64,000 nucleotides of DNA. It comes from an uncultured Gammaproteobacteria bacterium. Lineage in GTDB: Bacteria; Patescibacteriota; Patescibacteriia; Patescibacteriales; UBA12465. The position numbers and the translations under genes are program-made. A model generated the notes under the pieces. That model made no database searches, had not been told where the DNA came from, and worked only from the letters and a program-made list of their open reading frames with translations. The stretch is from the NCBI GenBank assembly GCA_964466835.1, contig CAYXNV010000001.1, positions 7,870 to 71,869 of the forward strand. The letters are read 5' to 3'. Shown piece after piece: positions 25,865 through 34,620 of this stretch. Positions within the stretch are counted from its first letter, which is position 1. Each line of letters starts with the position of its first letter.

Positions 25865-26011
25865 ATTTTTGCTTTATTTTATTAACTAATTACATTATAA
25901 ATTAGATTGATTTTTATTTCAATTTGCGTTAAGATTAACTTGCTAATCTAAGATAAATTAAAGGCCAAAAATAAATTGGTTTAAGTTTTTGGATAACATT
26001 TTTTATTACCT

Positions 26012-26731
26012 ATGTCAGGACATTCTAAGTGGTCAACAATTAAAAGGGCTAAGGCTGCTACTGATGCTAAGCGAGGAGCTATCTTCACTAAATTGGGGAA
26101 TGCTATTGTTATAGCTGCTAAAAATGGCGGAGATCCAGAGATGAACCCTAGCCTAAAGGTGGCGATTGATAAAGCCAAGGGGGCAAACATGCCCAAGGAT
26201 AATATTGAAAGAGCAATTAAAAAAGGTACAGGGGAGTTAGAAGGAGCTCAAATAGAAGAATTATATTATGAAGGCCTGGGGCCACTCAATGTTCAGTTTG
26301 TGGTTAAGTGTTTAACTGATAATAAGAACAGAAGTGCTTCCACTGTCCGCCATGCTTTTACTAAGGCTGGTGGGAGTTTAGGTTCGGTAATGTGGAATTT
26401 TGATCAATTTGGTGTAATTCGAATTAGCAATGAAGAAATTGATAAACAAAATATTGATAAAGAGGAGTTAGAATTAGAATTAATTGATCAAGATATTATT
26501 GATTTAGAAAAAGAAGAAGAGGGTGTTACTATTTATACTGGCAATAAAGATTTACATAAAATCAAAGAATTTTTAGGAGAGAAGAAAATAATAACTGAAT
26601 CGGCCGAGATAGAATACGTTGCTAAAGAAAAAATTGAATTAGAAGCTGATAATCAAGCCAAGATTGAGAAATTTATGGAAGAGCTAGAAGATAATGAAGA
26701 TGTTAGTGATTACTATACTAATTTAAAGTAG
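26012..26731 (+). CDS. yebC: YebC/PmpR-family transcriptional regulator
   Basis: The N-terminus reads MSGHSKWSTIKRAKAATDAKRGAIFTKL. Confidence 0.9.
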   Translation: MSGHSKWSTIKRAKAATDAKRGAIFTKLGNAIVIAAKNGGDPEMNPSLKVAIDKAKGANMPKDNIERAIKKGTGELEGAQIEELYYEGLGPLNVQFVVKCLTDNKNRSASTVRHAFTKAGGSLGSVMWNFDQFGVIRISNEEIDKQNIDKEELELELIDQDIIDLEKEEEGVTIYTGNKDLHKIKEFLGEKKIITESAEIEYVAKEKIELEADNQAKIEKFMEELEDNEDVSDYYTNLK

Positions 26732-26732
26732 T

Positions 26733-27221
26733 ATGACAAAAATTATTTTAGGAATTGATCCTGGAATTGCCGATACTGGCTATGGCATTATCAAGGAGGA
26801 AGGAAGTAAACTAACCTGTTTAACTTATGGTACTATCAAAACTAATTCTAAGTCAGATTTAATTAGTCGTTTAGAAATTTTACACAAAGAACTGGATAAA
26901 ATAATAAAAAAGTATAAACCAAAATTAGTAGCAGTTGAACAATTATTTTTTAATAAGAATGTTAGAACTGCTTTAATTGTTGGGCAAGCTAGAGGAGTGG
27001 CTTTGTTAACCATCAAGCAGAATAAATTACCAATTATTGAATTTACTCCCTCACAAGTTAAGCAAGCTGTCTCTGCTTATGGCCAGGCCTCTAAAAATCA
27101 AGTTCAAAAAATGGTTAAGTTGATGCTTAATCTTAAAGAGTTGCCCAAGCCAGATGATGCTGCCGATGCGTTGGCAACAGCCATCTGTGCTTTAAACTCA
27201 AAACTATGTCAAAAAAATTAA
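26733..27221 (+). CDS. ruvC: crossover junction endodeoxyribonuclease RuvC
   Basis: It contains ILGIDPGIADTGYGII and DDAADALATAIC. Confidence 0.9.
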   Translation: MTKIILGIDPGIADTGYGIIKEEGSKLTCLTYGTIKTNSKSDLISRLEILHKELDKIIKKYKPKLVAVEQLFFNKNVRTALIVGQARGVALLTIKQNKLPIIEFTPSQVKQAVSAYGQASKNQVQKMVKLMLNLKELPKPDDAADALATAICALNSKLCQKN

Positions 27222-28666
27222 AAATCGTTCATATTGCCTCAGAAGTTGCCCCGTTTTCTAAAACAGGTGGTTTAGCTGATGTTTCTCGTAGTCTACCCAA
27301 AGCTTTAAAGAGATTAGGGCATGATTTAATAGTTATTACCCCTTTGTATAGTAAAGTAATTGATACTAAAAAGAATGATTTAGAATTAATATTTAAAGAC
27401 GTTAGTCTTCGTCTTAATTCTAAAGAAAGTATTAAAGTAAATTATTGGAAAGGCTATTTAATGGACGGTTTACCAATTTATTTTATTGAATATAAGCGAT
27501 TTTTTTCTAAATATAAAAGAATCTACGGTTCATCTCATGAGAATGCTCGTTTTTTGGTTTTTAATGTTGCTGCCTTAAAATTAATTTCTTTACTAAAATT
27601 CTCGGCCGATATTGTTCATTGTCATGATTGGCAAACTGGTTTAATTCCTCATTATTTGAAAACTGATTTCCGTTATTCTAAAACTTTAAAGAAAGCTAAG
27701 ACTGTTTTCACTATTCATAATTTAATCTTTCAATTAGGTCGCAATTGGTGGGAAATTCCTCCAGAAGATAAAGATTATGGTCGTGGTAAAATTCCTCACA
27801 TCAGTGACCCAAAATTAGAATATATTAATTTTTCCAAACGAGCCATTCTTTCGGCTGATGTTATCAATACTGTCAGTGAACAATATCGGGAAGAGATACT
27901 TACCAAACATTTTGGTCAGGATTTACATCGGATATTAAAAAATAGATCCGATCGTCTTTATGGAATTATTAATGGGATTGACTATAACACCTATAATCCC
28001 AAAAAAGATGAATTACTTCATAAAAATTATTCTCCTTTTGACTATAAGGATAGGGTCAAGAATAAAACTTATCTACAAAAGAAACTTGGACTAGCCGTTG
28101 ATGAAAACACTCCTATCATCTGCAACACTTCTCGCATTACCTATCAAAAAGGTTTCCATTTAATTTTGGAGATACTACCTTCACTTTTAAAATTAAATGT
28201 TCAATTTATGTTTATGGGCGATGGCAGTAAGGAATATATTAAAGAGATTAAGAAGCTACAGAAGAAATTTCCTAAACAAATAGTTTGGTTACCATTTGAT
28301 CAAAAGTTGGAAACTTTATTTTATGCCGCTTCTGATTTTTTTATCTTACCCTCCAATCATGAGCCTTGCGGTATCAACCAATTAATTGCTATGCGCTATG
28401 GAGCAGTGCCAATCGTCAGAGAAATTGGTGGTCTGTATGATACGGTTGAAAACTTTAATCCAATCACTGAAAAGGGGACAGGCTTTACCTTTAATGATGA
28501 TGACAAAATGTTGCTTTATACCACCATCATTCGAGCCTTGGAGAATTATAAACATAAAAAGATTTGGAACAGATTAGTTAAAAGAATAATGAGGCGATCT
28601 AATAGTTGGGAGATTCCGGCTAAAAAATATGTTGAACTCTATAAACGAGCTTCAGATAAAAAATAA
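27206..28666 (+). CDS. glgA: glycogen/starch synthase (GT5)
   Basis: It contains EVAPFSKTGGLADV and the C-terminal motif PSNHEPCGINQL. Confidence 0.85.
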   Translation: MSKKLKIVHIASEVAPFSKTGGLADVSRSLPKALKRLGHDLIVITPLYSKVIDTKKNDLELIFKDVSLRLNSKESIKVNYWKGYLMDGLPIYFIEYKRFFSKYKRIYGSSHENARFLVFNVAALKLISLLKFSADIVHCHDWQTGLIPHYLKTDFRYSKTLKKAKTVFTIHNLIFQLGRNWWEIPPEDKDYGRGKIPHISDPKLEYINFSKRAILSADVINTVSEQYREEILTKHFGQDLHRILKNRSDRLYGIINGIDYNTYNPKKDELLHKNYSPFDYKDRVKNKTYLQKKLGLAVDENTPIICNTSRITYQKGFHLILEILPSLLKLNVQFMFMGDGSKEYIKEIKKLQKKFPKQIVWLPFDQKLETLFYAASDFFILPSNHEPCGINQLIAMRYGAVPIVREIGGLYDTVENFNPITEKGTGFTFNDDDKMLLYTTIIRALENYKHKKIWNRLVKRIMRRSNSWEIPAKKYVELYKRASDKK

Positions 28667-28667
28667 T

Positions 28668-29864
28668 ATGGTTTGGATTAATTTTTTACATCTATATCAG
28701 CCAGCCAATACTGAATTTAGTAATATTAGAGAGGCTTTAGATAAGAGCTATTGGCGTTTAATTCGTTTACTGGATGAACATCCAGATTTAAAGTTCACTC
28801 TCAATATTAGTGGTTGTCTTTTAGAGCGACTCTGGGAAGAAGGAGAAAAAGAATTTACTAGACGTCTCAAGGTACTATTAGACAAGAGTCAGATTGAGTT
28901 AGTCGGATCAGCTGCTTATCATGCCTTCTTACCTTTATTGCCAAAAGATGAAGTGATTAAACAAATTAAGGATAATGAGAGAATATTAAGAGAACATTTT
29001 GGCAAGAAAGTTAAACTCAGAGGGTTTTTCTTGCCCGAAATGGCCTATTCTTCAGAAGTAGCTAAAATAATCAAAAAAATGGGTTATGAATGGCTTATTT
29101 TAGATGAAATTGCCTACAGTGGGGTTAGTCGAAAACGACCTAGATTTGATCGTTATTATCTAGATAAAAATAGTGGTTTAAAGATAGTTTTTAGAGATCG
29201 TCAGCTATCAAGTGCTTATGCCCCCAAAGAGTTAGCTCCAATTTTGAAAAAGATTAAAGTAGCTAGAAAAAAGAAACAGACAAAAGAAAAATCTATTTTT
29301 ATTACCGCCACCGACAGCGAGCTCTATGGTTTGCGCCACGAAGACCCAACAGCTGAATTAGAGAAGATAGTGAAAGTAAAAGAAATAGGGACTGAGTTGA
29401 TTTCAAATTTTATTAAACAGGTTGATGATAGCAAGGTGGAAAAAATTAAACTATTTCCTTCTTCATGGGAAACCACTCCTAAAGACATGAAAAAAAATCA
29501 ACCTTTTAATCTCTGGCTTGATAAAAAAAATAAAATTCAAGTTAATCTTTGGAAAATGGCTAATCTGTGTTTAGAAGCTGGTCAAAAATTCAAAAAAGAT
29601 AAAAATTATTATTGGTATCGTTGGCACTTGAATCGAGGCCTAGCTAGTTGTACTTTTTGGTGGGCCAGTGCTCATGATTTCTCCTATATTTTTGGTCCCT
29701 ATGCTTGGAATCCTGATATGATCGAAAAGGGCTTAGAAGATCTAGTGCGCTCGATTCGTTCCTTGTCCAGCTCTAAATCAAAAAAATATAAATTATTAAT
29801 TGAAAAATATTATGCTAAGACCAAGGGTTTAGTTTGGGAAGAGCATTGGAAAAAACATTGGTAA
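28668..29864 (+). CDS. glycoside hydrolase family 57-like protein
   Basis: It contains FLHLYQPAN, AAYHAFLPLL, FFLPEMAYS and TDSELYG. I prefer the ATG at 28668, directly after the glgA stop. Confidence 0.65.
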   Translation: MVWINFLHLYQPANTEFSNIREALDKSYWRLIRLLDEHPDLKFTLNISGCLLERLWEEGEKEFTRRLKVLLDKSQIELVGSAAYHAFLPLLPKDEVIKQIKDNERILREHFGKKVKLRGFFLPEMAYSSEVAKIIKKMGYEWLILDEIAYSGVSRKRPRFDRYYLDKNSGLKIVFRDRQLSSAYAPKELAPILKKIKVARKKKQTKEKSIFITATDSELYGLRHEDPTAELEKIVKVKEIGTELISNFIKQVDDSKVEKIKLFPSSWETTPKDMKKNQPFNLWLDKKNKIQVNLWKMANLCLEAGQKFKKDKNYYWYRWHLNRGLASCTFWWASAHDFSYIFGPYAWNPDMIEKGLEDLVRSIRSLSSSKSKKYKLLIEKYYAKTKGLVWEEHWKKHW

Positions 29865-29868
29865 AAAT

Positions 29869-30897
29869 ATGAGTAAAATTTTACAACTCTTTGATCAAAA
29901 ATTTGCTTTAGATTTATTAAAACAAAAAGCCCTGCCTTTGTATTCAGATTATCAGGACATAAAGGGTGTTGAAATAAAGGCGTATAAGAAAATGATTTGG
30001 GATGATAGATATCATGTAGTAATTGAATTTAAAACTAATTTTATTAAAACTAATTCAGAAGAAGAATTAATTTCTATTTTTTGTTCTGCTCATCATGAAG
30101 AACCAAGAAAGAATGTTTATTCAGCTTTAAAATATTTATGGGATAAAGGTTTTCCTGGTGAAGGAGTTGATTTACCACGCCCCTTATTTTTTTCCGACGA
30201 ATTTAATGGTGTTTTTTATCAAGGCATTCAAGGTGATAATTTGTATCAATATATTAAGCGTAAAGATTTAGCAGTGGTAGAGAAAATGGTGGTGCAAACA
30301 GCTAAAATGTTTGCTAAATTACATCAATTACCAACTAGTCCAGAGGCTAATTTTAATCCGATTAATAGTCGAATTGAAACTTCAGTTCCGGGTGTGCAAG
30401 TTATCTATCAAAAAATGACTGAACATTATGGTGAAGACAACCAATATAATCCAGTTTTGAAAAAAATGTATGATTATTTTATAGCTCAAGAAGAAAAATT
30501 TATGGCTGATAATCAACAACGCTATCTAATTCATGGTGATGCTCATTCCGAGAATGTTATTAGAACCGGAGAAAATCAAATTGGTTTAATTGATTTTACG
30601 GATATTTGTCTAGGTGATTTTGCCCGCGACCTTGGCACATTTTTGCAACAGTTTGAGTATAAGATGATTCTAAAAGTGATGGATCAGAAAAAAACTCAAG
30701 AATTAAAAAAATTATTTCTAAATACTTATTTGGAAACAACTGGAATAGAGCTTAATAACGATTTGCAAAAACGAATTGATCTATATTATAACTGGACGGC
30801 TATTCGTTCCGCCGTCTTTTTATTTTTAAAACATGATAATGATCCTAGTGGTGGTGAAGCTTTATTTCAAGCGGTTAAAACTAAATTAAATTTATAG
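29869..30897 (+). CDS. APH/choline-kinase-fold phosphotransferase (possible sugar/maltose kinase)
   Basis: It carries the Brenner-type catalytic loop LIHGDAHSENVI and DFTD. It is tightly linked to the glgA and GH57 genes. Confidence 0.55.
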   Translation: MSKILQLFDQKFALDLLKQKALPLYSDYQDIKGVEIKAYKKMIWDDRYHVVIEFKTNFIKTNSEEELISIFCSAHHEEPRKNVYSALKYLWDKGFPGEGVDLPRPLFFSDEFNGVFYQGIQGDNLYQYIKRKDLAVVEKMVVQTAKMFAKLHQLPTSPEANFNPINSRIETSVPGVQVIYQKMTEHYGEDNQYNPVLKKMYDYFIAQEEKFMADNQQRYLIHGDAHSENVIRTGENQIGLIDFTDICLGDFARDLGTFLQQFEYKMILKVMDQKKTQELKKLFLNTYLETTGIELNNDLQKRIDLYYNWTAIRSAVFLFLKHDNDPSGGEALFQAVKTKLNL

Positions 30898-30898
30898 T

Positions 30899-31471
30899 AT
30901 GTCGCATCATATTATTTTTGAAGGAGCCGAACTAAGTGGAAAGAGCTGGGTGATGTCTCAAATTTATAATCACTTAGAGCCAAAATATAATACTAATAAA
31001 AATCTATTGGATGGTTGCTATTGGTTTAATTGTGATCTCGGCTATTTCGGCACTAAGTCAGCTCCTAAGATTATTGAAAAATATTTAGATATTTTTAAAG
31101 AGTTAAAAGACAAAAATATTATTGTTGAGAAATTTAATTTATCTAATTTAGTTTATGATAAATTATATTCTCAAATTAATCAGTCATTTTTTAATAAGAT
31201 AGACAAAAAATTAAAAAAATTAAATTTTAAAGTCATCTTATTAACCTTTCCCGAGAATAAAGAATTGCTAGAGAAAAGACTTAGAGATCGTTTGAATTTA
31301 TATCCTAATTATGAGCGGATTGCCAAAACACCAGATTTTTATATTAATCAGCAAAAGGAATATAAAGAAATGATTAAGAGTAGTAATTTAGATTATCTAA
31401 TATTAGAATCAGATCATTTTCCCAATCAAGAATTAGTTGATAAGATATTGGAATGGTTAGGAGAAAAATAG
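30899..31471 (+). CDS. P-loop (d)NMP-kinase-like protein, function unknown
   Basis: It has the Walker-A-like segment IIFEGAELSGKSWV. At 190 aa it is the last gene of the cluster. Confidence 0.45.
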   Translation: MSHHIIFEGAELSGKSWVMSQIYNHLEPKYNTNKNLLDGCYWFNCDLGYFGTKSAPKIIEKYLDIFKELKDKNIIVEKFNLSNLVYDKLYSQINQSFFNKIDKKLKKLNFKVILLTFPENKELLEKRLRDRLNLYPNYERIAKTPDFYINQQKEYKEMIKSSNLDYLILESDHFPNQELVDKILEWLGEK

Positions 31472-31513
31472 ACAAGTATTTATCATTAACAGAAAAAATG
31501 TTAACTTATATAT

Positions 31514-33991
31514 ATGGGTAGAAAAAAGAAGAAGGAACCGGATTATATTAACTTTCCGGGATTAGAATTAAATGAACACGCTAGACGGAGCATAACGATT
31601 GTTATATTCCTAGTTTTAGGATTGGTTAGTTTTTTAGGATTATTTAATCTTTCTGGTCATTTTGGTTCATTTTTATCAGAAAAGCTAACTTGGATTTTTG
31701 GTTTTGGTAAATGGTTAGTCCCATTTATATTTTTATATTGGGCCTTAGTTTTAATTAGAAAAAATAAACGTCCATTGAAATTCAATGATTATTTAGGCTT
31801 GGGCTTATTATTTGTTTCCTATCAAACCCTTTTCCACTATTTTTTCAAGCAGGAAAATTGGCAAGCTATTATTGAAGTAGGTAAAGGTGGTGGTTATGTT
31901 GGACTATATTTAAGCAAAGCCTTCTTATATCTTTTTGGTTTCTGGGGAGGAGTAGTGGTCTTAGTTGCTTTTTTATTAATTTCACTAGTTCTGGTTTTCA
32001 ACACGTCATTATCTAAAATTATTGGTCGAGAAAGTTTTTTGATTAAAATTTTTAAACCTTTTTCAATATTTTTTAGAAATCTGTTTTCTTCTGAGGAAAG
32101 TAGAGAGGGAAGAGAGTTTGTTGATCAGGCTCGTCAAGAAATATTAGATACTTGGGATGAAAGGGATTTAGAGGAAGACGAAGAAGAAGATGAGGAAGAT
32201 GAAGAAGAAGAGGACGAGGAAGAAGATGATGATATGCCACTATTAAAAAAGAAGGGAACTGGAATTCAAGAAAAAATTGTTTGGTCAAAGCGAAAGATTA
32301 GGATTGATTTACCACTTGAACTTTTAGGAAGCGCTACTGGAAAAGCAATTGGTGGCGATATTAGTGAGAATGCTATAAAAATTCAGAAGACTTTAGAAAA
32401 TTTTGGAGTTGATGTTGACATGGGAGAAACAAAAGTTGGTCCAACTGTTACTCAATATACTTTTAAACCAGCTGAAGGAGTAAAATTGTCTCGAATAACT
32501 ACTTTAAACAATGATCTTTCTTTAGCGTTAGCTGCTCACCCAATTAGAATTGAAGCTCCTATTCCAGGGAAATCTTTAGTGGGGATTGAAGTTCCTAATA
32601 AAGCTAAAGCAATTGTTGGTCTAAAAGATATTCTGGAGAGCAAAGAGTTTAAAGGTAGAAAAAGTAATTTAATGGTAGCTCTAGGCAAGGATGTGGCTGG
32701 GTCAGCTTGGCTCTATGATGTTAATCGAATGCCTCATTTATTAGTGGCCGGGGCAACTAATTCTGGTAAATCAGTTTGTTTGAACGCTATTATTGTTAGT
32801 TTGTTATATCAAAATAACCCTGAAGATCTTCGCTTTATCATGGTTGATCCCAAAAGAGTAGAGTTGCCAGTTTATAATGGTATTCCTCACTTATTAACTC
32901 CGGTTATTACTGAGGTTGCTAAAACTATTAATGCTCTAAAATGGTGCCTCAATGAAATGGATCGGCGCTATGATGTATTAAATAAAGCTAGCAAAAAAAA
33001 TATTCAATCATATAATGCTACCGCTAAGGAGAAATTACCTTATATTATTTTTATTATTGATGAATTAGCTGATTTTATGATGACTTCGGGCAGAGAAATG
33101 GAAGCAGCTATTATTAGATTAGCTCAAATGTCTCGAGCAATTGGCATTCACCTTATTCTTGCTACTCAAAGACCTAGTGTTAATGTTATTACTGGCTTAA
33201 TCAAAGCTAACATTCCAACTAGAATTGCTTTTTCAGTTGCTTCATTAGTTGATTCAAAAACTATTTTGGATATGTCAGGAGCAGAAAAACTTCTCGGTCA
33301 AGGTGATATGTTATTTGTGACAGCTGAATTATCTAAGCCAAAAAGAATTCAAGGAGCCTATCTTAGTGATAATGAAATAAATGATGTTGTTAACTATATA
33401 AAAGATAAAAGTGGACCGGCTGAATATTTAGAGGGAATCACTGACAGACAAAAGGTGAGTGGTAATGCGGGAGTTGGCTTAGATGGCACCCATGGTGATG
33501 AAGATGAATTATTTGAAGAAGCTAAAGAAATTATTGTTAAGGCTGGAAAAGCTTCGACCTCTATGCTTCAACGTCGTCTTTCTATCGGCTATGGTCGGGC
33601 TGCCAAAATTCTTGATATGTTAGAGGATGCTGGCATAATTGGTCCTCCCAATGGCTCTAAACCAAGAGAAGTTTTAATTAGTCAGCAACAATTTGAGGCC
33701 TTAAATGAACAAGGTGTCAGTTCGGTTTCTCTTCATGATCGTGAAGAAACATCAGCTCCTGATAGTTATTTTTCTGATGATGACGAAGAAGAAGATGAAG
33801 AGGATGATGATGAAGATAGTTCATTAGATTTAAGTCGAGATGAAGAAGAGGAAGAAGAAGGAATTGATGAAGAAGATGATGAGGGAGAAGAAGAGATTGA
33901 GGAGGAGGAAGAAGAAGAGGAAGAGGAGGAAGAAACTCCAAAGAGTAAACCAACCTTTGAAGATGATGATGAGATGTTTTTTTCTAAATAA
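31514..33991 (+). CDS. ftsK: DNA translocase FtsK with two poly-acidic tracts
   Basis: It has N-terminal TM helices, the Walker A motif VAGATNSGKS, the motor motif LILATQRPS and the gamma domain LQRRLSIGYGRAAKILD. Confidence 0.9.
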   Translation: MGRKKKKEPDYINFPGLELNEHARRSITIVIFLVLGLVSFLGLFNLSGHFGSFLSEKLTWIFGFGKWLVPFIFLYWALVLIRKNKRPLKFNDYLGLGLLFVSYQTLFHYFFKQENWQAIIEVGKGGGYVGLYLSKAFLYLFGFWGGVVVLVAFLLISLVLVFNTSLSKIIGRESFLIKIFKPFSIFFRNLFSSEESREGREFVDQARQEILDTWDERDLEEDEEEDEEDEEEEDEEEDDDMPLLKKKGTGIQEKIVWSKRKIRIDLPLELLGSATGKAIGGDISENAIKIQKTLENFGVDVDMGETKVGPTVTQYTFKPAEGVKLSRITTLNNDLSLALAAHPIRIEAPIPGKSLVGIEVPNKAKAIVGLKDILESKEFKGRKSNLMVALGKDVAGSAWLYDVNRMPHLLVAGATNSGKSVCLNAIIVSLLYQNNPEDLRFIMVDPKRVELPVYNGIPHLLTPVITEVAKTINALKWCLNEMDRRYDVLNKASKKNIQSYNATAKEKLPYIIFIIDELADFMMTSGREMEAAIIRLAQMSRAIGIHLILATQRPSVNVITGLIKANIPTRIAFSVASLVDSKTILDMSGAEKLLGQGDMLFVTAELSKPKRIQGAYLSDNEINDVVNYIKDKSGPAEYLEGITDRQKVSGNAGVGLDGTHGDEDELFEEAKEIIVKAGKASTSMLQRRLSIGYGRAAKILDMLEDAGIIGPPNGSKPREVLISQQQFEALNEQGVSSVSLHDREETSAPDSYFSDDDEEEDEEDDDEDSSLDLSRDEEEEEEGIDEEDDEGEEEIEEEEEEEEEEEETPKSKPTFEDDDEMFFSK

Positions 33992-34076
33992 ATTTATGCA
34001 ACAGAATAGGTATCCCTTCGTATTCTATATTGAGGGGTTGTAACTAGTTGAAATATAATTGATAAAAATCAAAAAT

Positions 34077-34109
34077 CACTCCAGGAATCCGGAGTGGTTT
34101 TTGTTTTTT
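34077..34109 (+). terminator. rho-independent terminator after ftsK
   Basis: The stem CACTCC(a)GG-aat-CCGGAGTG is followed by gtttttgtttttt. Confidence 0.7.
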
Positions 34110-34114
34110 AATGA

Positions 34115-34143
34115 TTGACGGCAATAATTTTAGGTAGTATTAT
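34115..34143 (+). promoter_or_regulatory. sigma70-like promoter (TTGACG-17-TATTAT)
   Basis: TTGACG lies at 34115-20 and TATTAT at 34138-43. The SD aaaggagg precedes the ATG at 34177. Confidence 0.55.
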
Positions 34144-34176
34144 TTAAGTATAGTATTTTTAACAAAAGGAGGTACC

Positions 34177-34539
34177 ATGAGACTACTTTTACTTTTCTTT
34201 ATTTTTTCTGCTATTTTTTCAAATAGTGTTTTTGCTCAGAGTAATGCCCTAGATAGTATTCCAAGCGATACTCTGAAAATATCTGAAAAAAATGAGGCTG
34301 AAATTATCTTCCCGAACCCCTTTGAAGATCAATTAACAATTGTTTGTCAGGAAGCAGACATTGAAATTGTTAGTCTGGTTGGCAAAAAAATTTACACCGG
34401 CAAGGTCAAGAAAAGGTTAATTATTAAAACTACAGATTCTAAATGTCAACGAGGCTTATATTTCATAGTAATTTATATGCCTAGTAAAAAGGGAATAGTT
34501 GTTCCTAAAGTTGTCACCCGAAAAATTATTAAAAAATAG
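34177..34539 (+). CDS. small secreted protein with T9SS-type C-terminal sorting-domain-like sequence
   Basis: The signal peptide reads MRLLLLFFIFSAIFSNSVFA. The segment FPNPFEDQLTI...IEIVSLVGKKIY...RGLYFIVI...KIIKK matches the Por-secretion-tail pattern. Confidence 0.55.
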   Translation: MRLLLLFFIFSAIFSNSVFAQSNALDSIPSDTLKISEKNEAEIIFPNPFEDQLTIVCQEADIEIVSLVGKKIYTGKVKKRLIIKTTDSKCQRGLYFIVIYMPSKKGIVVPKVVTRKIIKK

Positions 34540-34555
34540 CCTCATAAAATTATTT

Positions 34556-34590
34556 AAAAAGGGCCTCGGTCTTGACCAGCCCTTTTTTAT
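34556..34590 (+). terminator. rho-independent terminator
   Basis: The imperfect stem gggc(c)t(c)ggt-cttg-accagccc is followed by ttttttat. Confidence 0.6.
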
Positions 34591-34620
34591 TTTCTATTAT
34601 TATTTGCTATAATAATTTAT

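Noticed and set aside
32073-34043. Leu/Pro/His-rich or K/R-rich ORFs at 32073-32288 (minus), 33717-33953 (minus) and 33840-34043 (plus)
   Set aside because: They are artefacts of the GAA/GAG/GAT triplet runs that encode the FtsK acidic tracts, read in other frames or on the other strand.
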